DNA of 63,794 nt, the filler included, from Octopus bimaculoides (Eukaryota): the NCBI RefSeq assembly GCF_001194135.2. It is 9 parts of 8 records of this genome, joined end to end, with 100 filler letters (N's around TTAATTAATTAA, not from the genome) between each part and the next. Parts side by side here need not be neighbours in the genome. Positions count along the whole stretch, not along the records: positions 36,347 to 44,732 come from NC_068986.1; positions 44,833 to 55,774 come from NC_068986.1; 7 more parts are not named here. One strand, 5' to 3'. This document shows positions 41,041 through 52,110 of the stretch, piece after piece. The translations under genes and the position numbers were made by a program. Numbering within the stretch: the stretch's first letter is position 1; the number at the start of each line of letters is the position of its first letter. The notes below the pieces were generated by a model. That model saw only the letters and a program-made list of their open reading frames with translations. It had not been told where the DNA came from and made no database searches.

Positions 41041-41042
<2 letters not shown>

Positions 41043-41095
<53 letters not shown>

Positions 41096-41690
41096 AGCAT
41101 CAGGAAAATTCACTGGAGTATTTAATCATCTGTCAAGTCACAACAAGAACTTCAGACAGATTATACTTTCCTTAAAATGTGCGCAGTACGTAGCAAGGCT
41201 GATTTTGTATGACACCAATCTTGCATGGTGTTGCCAACCGCTTTAAGAAGTCTTGAAATTTCAATGAGATTGTCTTTAATGTCCCAATCACATCGGGTAT
41301 CATTTTTACATTACCTTCTCACATTCCAAAAAAGTCTTGCCATCTCCACTTTCAGTGTGTAGCACTTGGTGATTTTTCTCACTTCTTTACTCGCAATACT
41401 CATGTCATTTGGTATGGCTACGTCAATAATTTGACTGTATTTGTCTTTTTTGTTCAACACGACAATATCCAGCTGACGATGCTCAATTATTCTCAGTCTG
41501 AAAATCATAATCCCAGGATATTATTGCTTTCCCTTTCTCCTGCATTACTTAACCAGGCACATGTTCATGCCAATTCTATATTACTTCGTATTGGTATTCA
41601 TGACATAGAAGCCAATGAGAGTACAACCATACTTTATCATGGCGGCACTTGTAATCCTTTTGTGTAAGGCTCAGTTAGAAGTCAGGGCCC
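41043..41690 (-). mobile_element. R4/Dong-type (RLE endonuclease) non-LTR 3' end with 52-nt poly(A)
   Basis: YKCRHDKV..HWLLC, WHEHVP, HRQLDIVVLNKKDKYSQIIDVAIP, KSALLRTAHILRKV, then T-run 41043-41094 on plus. Confidence 0.85.
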
Positions 41691-41914
41691 ATGCCACTTT
41701 CCGATGACTTCGAAATTGGTGAGAGGGAAGGAGACACGCCCAAACGCTTGCCACAGACGGGACTCCGCTAAAGGCATTCTAGCTGCTAGATGGTAATCTT
41801 GAACCGAATGATAGTTTAAGGATACTACCCGGGTAGGCCATGGTGCGATTTGAACATAGAATGCAAAGATCCCGAACAATTACAGCAAGGCATCCGGCCC
41901 CTCACATATACAAG

Positions 41915-42560
41915 ATGCATTCCTGAAGTTTTGAGACTTTTTCAGAGGAAACATTTATTAATTTCAAAAAGTACAATCTCCTTCAAAGTAGTATCCTCTG
42001 ACTTCAATGCTATTTCGTGAAAGCTCCGTGGAAGTTTTCCAAAGTGAAGGTATCCAGGACTCTTTCATAGCCTCTTACATCTTCTGCTTTGGGAACAATC
42101 AAAAGTCACAGAGAGCAAGGTCTAGACTGTAGGAAGGATGAGATACAGTTTTGATGCCCATTTCTATCAAGTAGTTGATGCTCATTTCTATCAAGTAGAT
42201 GGAATTGTGGCAGGTGCAAATTCCTGATCTTCCTCAAAACTTCCACAACCTATTCATTGTAGACTATCTGGCCAGAGGGAACCTAGTGGATATAGATGTC
42301 GCTCCTGCTGCCAAAAAAGATCATAATGAGCTTCCCTGTGGACTTGCTTTGCATGGCCGTTTGTGCCAATGGAAAATAGATGCTCGGTTCATACATGTTA
42401 AACTATGAGCAATCTAGAGCATTTCACAAGTTTCTGTAGCGTTTTCGCCAGTTTAGCACAAGACTTTCTTGCATAACCAGCTTCCAAATTGTCTTCACTT
42501 CCCGAATGCATTCTTCAAACAGGTCAGCTATAACAAGCAGCGTTTAGTAGGGTGTTTTCA
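41915..42560 (-). mobile_element. Degenerate mariner remnant
   Basis: GKLIMIFF..IYIH*VPSGQ, GIKTVSHPSYSLDLALCDF*LFPK, GYYFEGD. Confidence 0.75.
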
Positions 42561-43562
42561 AAGTGGTGTTACAGCCGTCTCCTTTAATCTTGAATAACAA
42601 ATGTTGACAAGTTAGCTTACTAATTCTATAATGATATACTAAAATTACAATGATCTCGGATAGTTATAACTGCGGGTCCTAAAAAATTTCAAAACTTCTA
42701 GAATGCACCATGTGTCGATATAAAAAGAAGTAAAATAATTAGTCAGATAATCAAGCTTCTCCGTCCATTTTAAGTATGAGCTTAAGGTATTTAAAGCAAG
42801 ATGGAGCCGCCATTTTAAATGTATAACGAGTTTCAGGCCGTTGACACGGTGCAGCATTGCTTTTAAGTCTGCAGTCCTCTAGTTTCATTAAACAGCCGTT
42901 GTTAACTATATAATGCGTAGAAATATGTTATGTATATATATATATANNNNNNNNNNNNNNNNNNNNNNNNNNNNNNNNNNNNNNNNNNNNNNNNNNNNNN
43001 NNNNNNNNNNNNNNNNNNNNNNNNNNNNNNNNNNNNNNNNNNNNNNNNNNNNNNNNNNNNNNNNNNNNNNNNNNNNNNNNNNNNNNNNNNNNNNNNNNNN
43101 NNNNNNNNNNNNNNNNNNNNNNNNNNNNNNNNNNNNNNNNNNNNNNNNNNNNNNNNNNNNNNNNNNNNNNNNNNNNNNNNNNNNNNNNNNNNNNNNNNNN
43201 NNNNNNNNNNNNNNNNNNNNNNNNNNNNNNNNNNNNNNNNNNNNNNNNNNNNNNNNNNNNNNNNNNNNNNNNNNNNNNNNNNNNNNNNNNNNNNNNNNNN
43301 NNNNNNNNNNNNNNNNNNNNNNNNNNNNNNNNNNNNNNNNNNNNNNNNNNNNNNNNNNNNNNNNNNNNNNNNNNNNNNNNNNNNNNNNNNNNNNNNNNNN
43401 NNNNNNNNNNNNNNNNNNNNNNNNNNNNNNNNNNNNNNNNNNNNNNNNNNNNNNNNNNNNNNNNNNNNNNNNNNNNNNNNNNNNNNNNNNNNNNNNNNNN
43501 NNNNNNNNNNNNNNNNNNNNNNNNNNNNNNNNNNNNNNNNNNNNNNNNNNNNNNNNNNNNNN

Positions 43563-43623
<61 letters not shown>

Positions 43624-44254
43624 TAGAAAGTGAATGCGTGTGGTTGTCAGAAAGAGAGATGAAAGGATGTATGAGAGAGGGAGAGATAGTCTCATTTGAA
43701 TTGCATGGGCAAGTAAAAATTCCAATACTGAGGTAAGTGGTAATTTATTTTATATATATGTATACATTTTTTTTTTTGTACATATCTTTTTTCTTCTAAC
43801 AAAAAAGGATTAAAAGTGAGATTCATATGAACATACATCCGAATAGAAACGGAACAGAGGAGAGTTCAAACCGAAGGGAAACAAATATGTCGACGACAGA
43901 AGATGATATACAGGGAGTTAGAACTTCCGGTTTTAGTAGAATTTTACTTTAATCTAATATAGTTATTTCTACGTTTGCTGATCAAACGCTACTTTTCAAA
44001 TATAAACAAACAAAATTCTAAGGTAGAGGAGTGGGGAATGTGGCAATGAAATACAATAAATACATTTCATAAAAAAAAACAACAAACAAACAAGTAAATG
44101 TTAAGAGAGCAAAGTGAAAAGATGTGTGGAAGCTGTGTGTGTGTGGAGAAACATTGAAAGTGATGGCTGTGTCAAAAGCTCAGCCCAATTAGACATGATC
44201 AAAGAGAGACGAACACAAACAACTAATTTTAGAAAGCAAATACATGCAAAGGGG

Positions 44255-44292
44255 GTTAATAACAACAACAACAACAACAACTATTGCAACCA

Positions 44293-44324
<32 letters not shown>

Positions 44325-44325
44325 T

Positions 44326-44371
<46 letters not shown>

Positions 44372-44507
44372 AACTACGATGTAAACAAGGTGTCAATATA
44401 GATAGGTAGATAAATTCAAAGATAAATACGTGTATATATTGATGTGTGCGTGAGTGTGCGCGTGCGTGTGTACATATGTATGTACGTACGTCTGTGTGTG
44501 TATTTGT

Positions 44508-44570
<63 letters not shown>

Positions 44571-44730
44571 TACACACACATATATATATATATATATGTA
44601 TGTATATACATATATATACATACATATACATATACATACATATATATGCATATATTTATATATATGTACAGATATTTACAAAATATAAGTACATTAATAT
44701 ATATATATATACACACATTTGTATTATATA
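44255..44730. repeat. Compound AAC/TAC/TGC/TA/TG microsatellites
   Basis: Visible arrays. Confidence 0.9.
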
Positions 44731-44832
44731 TANNNNNNNNNNNNNNNNNNNNNNNNNNNNNNNNNNNNNNNNNNNNTTAATTAATTAANNNNNNNNNNNN
44801 NNNNNNNNNNNNNNNNNNNNNNNNNNNNNNNN

Positions 44833-44992
44833 GCACAGTGCTTCCACGACTTCCAGCAAGGGAGAAAACACTGGGGAACAGCACAGTGCTCCCACGACTT
44901 CCAGCAAGGGAGGAAACACTGGGGAACAGCACAGTGCTCCCACGACTTCCAGCAAGGGAGAAAACACTGGGGAACAGCACAGTGCTCCCACT
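44833..44992. repeat. 48-bp minisatellite, at least 3.3 units, truncated by gap
   Basis: Units start at 44833, 44881, 44929, 44977. Confidence 0.95.
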
Positions 44993-47339
44993 GCTATCAA
45001 CATTAAACTACACCCTACAAATAAAGCCTCTATATACAGCTTGGTGTTTTGTGCTGTTACAAGAGAACTGATGACAATACACAAATAATCAAGTTATCAA
45101 CTTGGCCGATGATGATTCTAAGCATTAAGTAACTGATTGATCGGTATTGAATTATTACTCTCAAGACATGTGACTGATTTAACAGTTACCTTACTCTAAT
45201 AGTAATAAATCCAACGAAGGATATGACTCCTTGCTACCTTCTCCAAGACTATGCTCACAGCGAACTTACGTATCTTACCTGTTTACAGCTAAATGTAGCA
45301 AAACATTGAGTGCAAAGTATCTTTGCTAGGAAATGGTAAGAGAGTGTCAAGAGAGCTGAACAGTTGAAGGTTTTCAGAGAAGACACATCTTCCAGGTAAG
45401 TGTTTTGGCCCTTCTTACTTTCTAAGGGGGGCCGGGCTGCATCCAGGTGAGGATTCCTTGGTGTCCTTCTTATAATGCTTTTTAACTATTTGGATATTGG
45501 AAACTTGTGCATTAAAACCACTTGAAGATTTCATCTAGCTGGAACTCCTCTCATTTGACTCAGCTTTCAAACATACTTAAAGAAACTGAGTCGGTTGTCA
45601 TGGTAGCAGTAAAATGTCAATGCTACCACAGTGACTTACTCAGAGTTACTTCCCTTAGCATTAAAATACAAAACTATTGCCTTCAAACAATATGGATATC
45701 CTTTTTGTTACTCTGTCCCCAGATCCAGCTTGAACACCTATCTGCTGTCTCTGATATTTCCTTTAGGGCAAATTATACAATATCAATGTTTAGGGACATT
45801 ATACAATGCTGGTGATATTCAATTCTAAAATTTTCATCAGTAAGTTTCCACCTTAACACAGAGATTCACAAATCTCTGCTATAGATTACCTAGGAAGAGC
45901 ATCCATTTTACAGTTAAGTGACCCTCGGGAACATTATCATCACCAGCATTTAATGTCCATATAGTATGTTGACATGGATTGGATGGTTAAACAGGATCCG
46001 ATGAGCCAAAGGACTGCATTGAGCTCCAGAATCTGCTTTGGCATGGCTTTTATGGCTGGATACCCTTCCTAATGGCAATTACTTTGCAGAGGGTATAGAA
46101 TGCTTTTTACATATCACTGACACTATGGTGGTCACTAAGTCCTCATAATACAAGACCCTTCAAATGAGAGAGGATGAAAACGTGGTACTGGATTTGTATC
46201 ATGTATTGAGAGGCTATATTATGACAGGAGCACAAACAGGTGTCTTACTGTGTAAAGAAATTAGGCCAAGCTGGAAAAAAGATGTATTCCAATATTCTAT
46301 ATAAATGCATGAATTTAAAGAATTATGCAACCCAAAACACATTTCATGTGTGAATTACATTATGAATTTGCTAATTCACACAAACTTAGATAACTAAAAT
46401 AATTAGTGCCTAAAAACATGATCTTAAAAAAAGATATAACAGTGGTCTACATATTTTTTGAGGGGAGGGGAAAGTCGTGTTTTTTCCATGTCTTCTTGAC
46501 ATGGCTACATTACAATGTTGCCTGTCGCAATCTAAAGTTGTTAAAATTTACAAAACATGCCTCAAGTCTAAACTGCCAAGACAAAATAGTTACTATAATA
46601 AAGTATCGTTATGCAAGGGTAATTAATTAAGATTGTAACAAATTCTGAAAGGCTTAGTGCAAGTGACTTGGCTATGCTAGACAAATAGACAAATCATGCA
46701 GTGAAATATTAGTTTAAATTAATGGAATCATAAATCAAAGAATTGAGATGAAATTCTCAAGGTTCATCTGTAGTTGACTGAACTGCTTAATCGGGAAACA
46801 ATTTTATAATTAATTGGTTTATATCAGACACAATTGGCATGAAGTTTTATAATAGATCCACCCAGATATTCAACATACACCAGCAGGAAAAGGAAAATGT
46901 TAGAAATAGTTCTGGTTATAATTCTATGAAGACATACATTAGATGATAATAACATATCTAGTCTTTCTTAATAAATTTCAGGCAGATTCAAATGAGAATA
47001 TCTGCACAGTGACTCATGTGGGTTATGTCCACAGATCTGCCAGGATATGATAAGAATGAATAGACAAACTATTTTTTGGATTCTTACAGTTCTGCATGTA
47101 CCTCATGAATAACTATCTGTTTGGCAGACATCAGCAAATAATTTGTTTACTGATTCCTGTGCTCTTATTAGACTCGTCAGCCTATGGTTATAGCTTTGAC
47201 TGAAGAGACACAGCAGGACTGAAACACTACAGTGACACACAAAGTTCCCTTCCACCAACGAATGACAGAACACGCATCGTCTGAAAGGCGGGGGTGTTGT
47301 CCAATATTGAAAACCAACAGCTATCAGGTATCGACATTT

Positions 47340-47467
47340 AAATCTGCATGGTTACGTAGTCAAATGTTTGCTTCCCAACTACATGGTTCTGAGTTCAGTC
47401 CCACTACATGGCACCCTAGGCCAGTGGACTTGGTAGATGGAAACTGAAAGCCCATCATGTGTGCAAG

Positions 47468-47498
<31 letters not shown>

Positions 47499-47712
47499 CA
47501 CGTGTGTTTATGTCAGTGTCTGTCCCCAATCACTTGCAACTGGTATTGGTGTGTTTGTGTCCTTGTAACATAATGGTTCAACAAATGAGACCTAAAGAAT
47601 AAATACCAGGCTTAAGATAAAGTAAGTACTGGGGTTGACTCATTTGATTAAAATTCTTCAAGGTGGTGCCCCAGCATGGTCACAGTCTAATGACTAAAAT
47701 AAGTAAAAGATA
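47340..47712 (+). mobile_element. SINE family B copy, CpG-eroded
   Basis: Homologous to 3686/59630 copies with TG/CA at CpG positions. Confidence 0.8.
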
Positions 47713-47767
47713 TGTTACAGTTTGGATTCTTGTTGTTCTGAATGCACCCCAGCAATTATTTTGCACC

Positions 47768-48026
47768 GTAAAAAGCACCATCTGAACGTGGTCGATGTCA
47801 GAGCCGCCTGACTGGCTCCCATGTCGGTAGCACATAAAAAGCACCATTCAAGCATGGTCGATGCCAGTGCCTCCCGACTGGCACCTGTGCTGCTGGCATG
47901 TAAAAAGCACTATCTGAATGTGCTCGATCCAGGACCACGTGACTGGTTCCCATGCCGGTAGCATGTAAAAAGCGCTATCTGAATGTAACTGATGCCAGGG
48001 CTGCCTGACTGGCTCCCTTGCCGGTA
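47768..48026 (+). repeat. Four ~66-bp tandem units of the family D module
   Basis: Units start near 47768, 47834, 47900, 47965 (taaaaagcac..tga...gactggc). Confidence 0.85.
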
Positions 48027-48699
48027 TATATCAACACAATTTCACTGAAATTTTATTGTCTTTTAGCAAATCCATTAAATATTTTCATTAAATTTCTTTA
48101 AATATTTCCTGAAAGCAGTTGTGACACAAAAGAACAAAGAAATTGTTTTTGAAACAAGAAATTTTATATTCTAACCCTAATTTACGTTAATCTTTTGTTA
48201 CTATATGGCAGGGCTTAGTTTTTTTTTTAAATTTTAAACCCTTTAGCTTTTAATCTAGCCATATCCAGGCCCAAATGTTCTACCCATTTTATGTTAAAAC
48301 TGACCAGATCCAAACTCTCACACCTACCCTACAATGTCATTCTAAAAAAATATACAAACACACAATTGAAATCTTGAAGCTACAAGATAATGTGTGATAA
48401 ATTCAAAACAATGTGGATTATTATAAATAAGCATTACATTCGACAGGTTAATTTGAACGCTAACGAGTCAACAGTTGCATGGGCAAAATACGAAGAAAAA
48501 AAAAAAAAAAAAAAAAACATAGCTGAATAAAATGGGAGAAAACAAATGTAATTAGGTTTCAAAGGTGGAAAAAATAACAAAAACAGTGAACAGGCATAAC
48601 GAGCATAACGAGCAAAAATTAAAACGAACAACATAAAACAAGCAAAAAACATGCAAAGTTTGAGTAAAGGAAATATAACAATAATAATTCTTTCTATTA

Positions 48700-49115
48700 T
48701 AGGCACAAGGCCTGAAATTGGTGGAGCGATTTGGGGGGGGGGGCTAGCCGACTGTATTAACCCCCCAGTACTTGACTCTTACCTACCTAAATGACCCCAG
48801 GAGGATGGAATGCAAAGTTGACCATGGCAGGATTGAACTCAAAATGTAAGGAGAATTGTTGTGCAAAGCATTTTCTGTTGCTCAACTGATTCTGCCCTTT
48901 ATATCGTTTTCAAATTTTGGTACAAGGCCAGTCCTTTTAGAGGGAACGCTTATATTGGTTATATTGATCCCAGTACTAGACTGCTATTTTTTTTACTGAT
49001 CACAGGGAGATAAATGTCAAAGTTGGCCATAGCATGATTTGAACTCGGAATGTAAGGAGTCGGGAGAAATATTGCTAAGTATTCTGCCAGCTCGCCACCT
49101 TAACTGTCAGCTTGT
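48700..49115 (-). mobile_element. Tandem CpG-eroded SINE family A copies
   Basis: Two ggcacaagg/ggtacaagg tails and tttgaactc B-box reverse complements. Confidence 0.7.
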
Positions 49116-49128
49116 CACCTTGACAGCC

Positions 49129-49159
<31 letters not shown>

Positions 49160-49163
<4 letters not shown>

Positions 49164-49377
49164 CATCATCATCATCATCATCATCGTTTAACGTCCGCTT
49201 TCCATGCTAGCATGGGTTGGACGATTTGACTGAGGACTGGTGAAACCGGATGGCAACACCAGGCTCCAGTCTGATTTGGCAGAGTTTCTACAGCTGGATG
49301 CCCTTCCTAACGCCAACCACTCAGAGAGTGTAGTGGGTGCTTTTACGTGTCACCCGCACGAAAACGGCCACGCTCGA
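49160..49377 (-). mobile_element. Family D 3' end with (GAT)n tail
   Basis: Minus: ...gcatggaaagcggacgttaaacgatgatgatg; RTE-like tail. Confidence 0.8.
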
Positions 49378-50154
49378 NNNNNNNNNNNNNNNNNNNNNNN
49401 NNNNNNNNNNNNNNNNNNNNNNNNNNNNNNNNNNNNNNNNNNNNNNNNNNNNNNNNNNNNNNNNNNNNNNNNNNNNNNNNNNNNNNNNNNNNNNNNNNNN
49501 NNNNNNNNNNNNNNNNNNNNNNNNNNNNNNNNNNNNNNNNNNNNNNNNNNNNNNNNNNNNNNNNNNNNNNNNNNNNNNNNNNNNNNNNNNNNNNNNNNNN
49601 NNNNNNNNNNNNNNNNNNNNNNNNNNNNNNNNNNNNNNNNNNNNNNNNNNNNNNNNNNNNNNNNNNNNNNNNNNNNNNNNNNNNNNNNNNNNNNNNNNNN
49701 NNNNNNNNNNNNNNNNNNNNNNNNNNNNNNNNNNNNNNNNNNNNNNNNNNNNNNNNNNNNNNNNNNNNNNNNNNNNNNNNNNNNNNNNNNNNNNNNNNNN
49801 NNNNNNNNNNNNNNNNNNNNNNNNNNNNNNNNNNNNNNNNNNNNNNNNNNNNNNNNNNNNNNNNNNNNNNNNNNNNNNNNNNNNNNNNNNNNNNNNNNNN
49901 NNNNNNNNNNNNNNNNNNNNNNNNNNNNNNNNNNNNNNNNNNNNNNNNNNNATAATAATAATAATAATAATCCTCTCTTCTATAGGCATAAGGCCTGGAG
50001 TTTTTGTTCAATTGATACTTATTTGATTGACCCCAAAGGGATGAAAGGCTGACTTTGGCAGAAAATGAGCACAGAAGGTAAAGATAGACAAAACACTGCT
50101 AAGCATTTTTATCCAGGATGCAAACATTTCTAGCAGCTCACTGCTTTTATCATC

Positions 50155-50640
50155 CTCATCATCATTTAACGTCCGTTTTCCATGCTGGCATGGGTTGGAC
50201 GGTTCAACTGGGGTCTCGGAAGCCAGGAGGTTGCACCAGGCACCAGGCAACAATCTGATCTGGCAGTGTTTCTACAGCTGGATGCCCTTCCTAATGCCAG
50301 CCACTCCGAGAGTGTAGTGGGTGTTTTTTCACGTGCCACCGGCACAGGGGCCAGAGGAGCTGGCATCGACCACGATTAGATGGTGCTTTTTACGTGCCAC
50401 CGGCACAGAAACCAGAATAATTTCAAATTTTGGCACAAGGTCAGCACTTTTAGTGGGGGAGGATAAATCAATTAGATCAACCCCAGTATGCAACTGGTAC
50501 TTATTTTATTGACCCTGAAAGGATGAAAGGCAAAGTCAACCTTGATAGAATTTGAACTCACAGCATGAAGATGGATGAAATGCCACAAAGCATTCTGTGC
50601 AGTATGCTAGCATTTCTACCAACTTGCCACCGCCATAATA
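50155..50640 (-). mobile_element. Family D copy next to SINE family A copy
   Basis: Homology to 49180 and 8627 elements. Confidence 0.75.
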
Positions 50641-50652
50641 ATAATAATAATG

Positions 50653-50683
<31 letters not shown>

Positions 50684-50879
50684 TAATAATAATAATGGTG
50701 ATAGTTTCTTACGTAAACATGAAACCTGAAATATTTAGGAAAGAGGATTTAACGGTATGAGAGATCCAAATCTTTCCTTAATAGTTTTATTAGTTCAGAC
50801 TAAAGGTTTGAAATAGAGTTTAAAACTAAACATTCACTGGAATCATTTACAAAGTATTTTATCTAAGCATAAGGTGTGG

Positions 50880-51260
50880 GGCCATGGTGCTATTGCAGTG
50901 CCCCTTGCTGTATTCACCATTTGTCAATATATTCCCAGGTCCTCCTGGGCAACCTGTCAAGCAGAGTCCTTTCTCGGCGAGATACCTCCTCATTTGACGT
51001 TACCATGTGGTATGTGGTCGACCAACACAAACCACCAACCCAGTTAGATCCTCAATGATAAGAACATGGTTAGCAGGGTCTGACTCAGAAAATCGAGTAA
51101 CATGGCCAAACACTCTGATCTGGTGCCCCCGAGTCCTACAAGTAACACAACACATCCCAGTTTCTGAGTCATTTGTTGGATATGAAATCCAACAGGTGGT
51201 AACACATAATTCTGCACAGTGGCCAAGCACCAAAGGAGTTCACATCGATCCTAAGGGCCC
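50880..51260 (-). mobile_element. RTE-clade LINE C-terminal fragment
   Basis: QIRVFGHVTRFSESDPANHVL..GRPHTTW matches RTE LRwfGHv.R...GRP..W. Confidence 0.7.
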
Positions 51261-51904
51261 TGGACATTATTTCATCATCATCATGGATATTAAGTGATGA
51301 CAATGATAAAATAATGCACACAAATACAACCATAAGACTCAAAAATTACTTTTAAACAAGATTTAAAATGCCCAACACATTCATACATTATGATTTCCCT
51401 CAGTATATTACTATTAAGATATAGTCAAAGAATGGCTATGTGCTTAAGAATGCAGAAATGGTTTTGTGGTTGTAAGTTCCACCTTATGGCACAGAACTTT
51501 GAACAAATGTCTTCTACCTTAGCCTCAGTTTACAATACCATGTCAGATGAATTTGGTAAACAAAAAAACTGAGGAAACAAAGCTTGTGGGTATGAGCAGA
51601 TGATACTTTGTTGATAAGGATGTCATCAGGGTATTTTTTTGAACAGTAGTCCCTTGTTATGTTTGTTCTGCAACAAGTTACAGATACTCCCTTTACCAGA
51701 AATACAATAAACCAGGTTTATTGAAAACCCACAGTCAAGGACATTACATTTTACTAATTGTTATGTTAACTATTTCAGCTAAGGTGTATCGTTAAAAAGT
51801 AAACAGAAGACAAGACTCGTTAGTATAATATAAAAAGAACTGAGAGTTATTTGTTGCTAGCTATAAACAAAGGAAATATAAATTGTTAGAATTAATTTAT
51901 CAAA

Positions 51905-52110
51905 GGCACAGGTGTGGGTGTGTGGTAAGAAGTTTGCTTCCCAACCACATGTTGGTGTGTTTATGTTCCTGTAAGTTAGCGATTTGGTAAAAGGGACCAA
52001 TAGAGTAAGCATCAGGTGGTAAAAAATATATACTGGGGTCAATTCATATGACTAAAAGTTCTTCAAGGAAGTGCCCCAGCATGGCCAGTCTAGCGATTGA
52101 AACATGTAGA
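51905..52110 (+). mobile_element. Internally deleted SINE family B copy
   Basis: Head joined directly to 3' half. Confidence 0.7.

Noticed and set aside
45371-45401. Possible 18-nt microexon (ttttcag...cag|gtaagt)
   Set aside because: No polypyrimidine tract or coding context; unsupported without RNA data.
47170-47240. CTGAAGA...GAAACACTA
   Set aside because: Stems do not form; likely chance.
47768-48026. Regularly spaced repeats resembling a CRISPR array
   Set aside because: Whole units are homologous with no unique spacers, there are no cas genes, and the context is eukaryotic.
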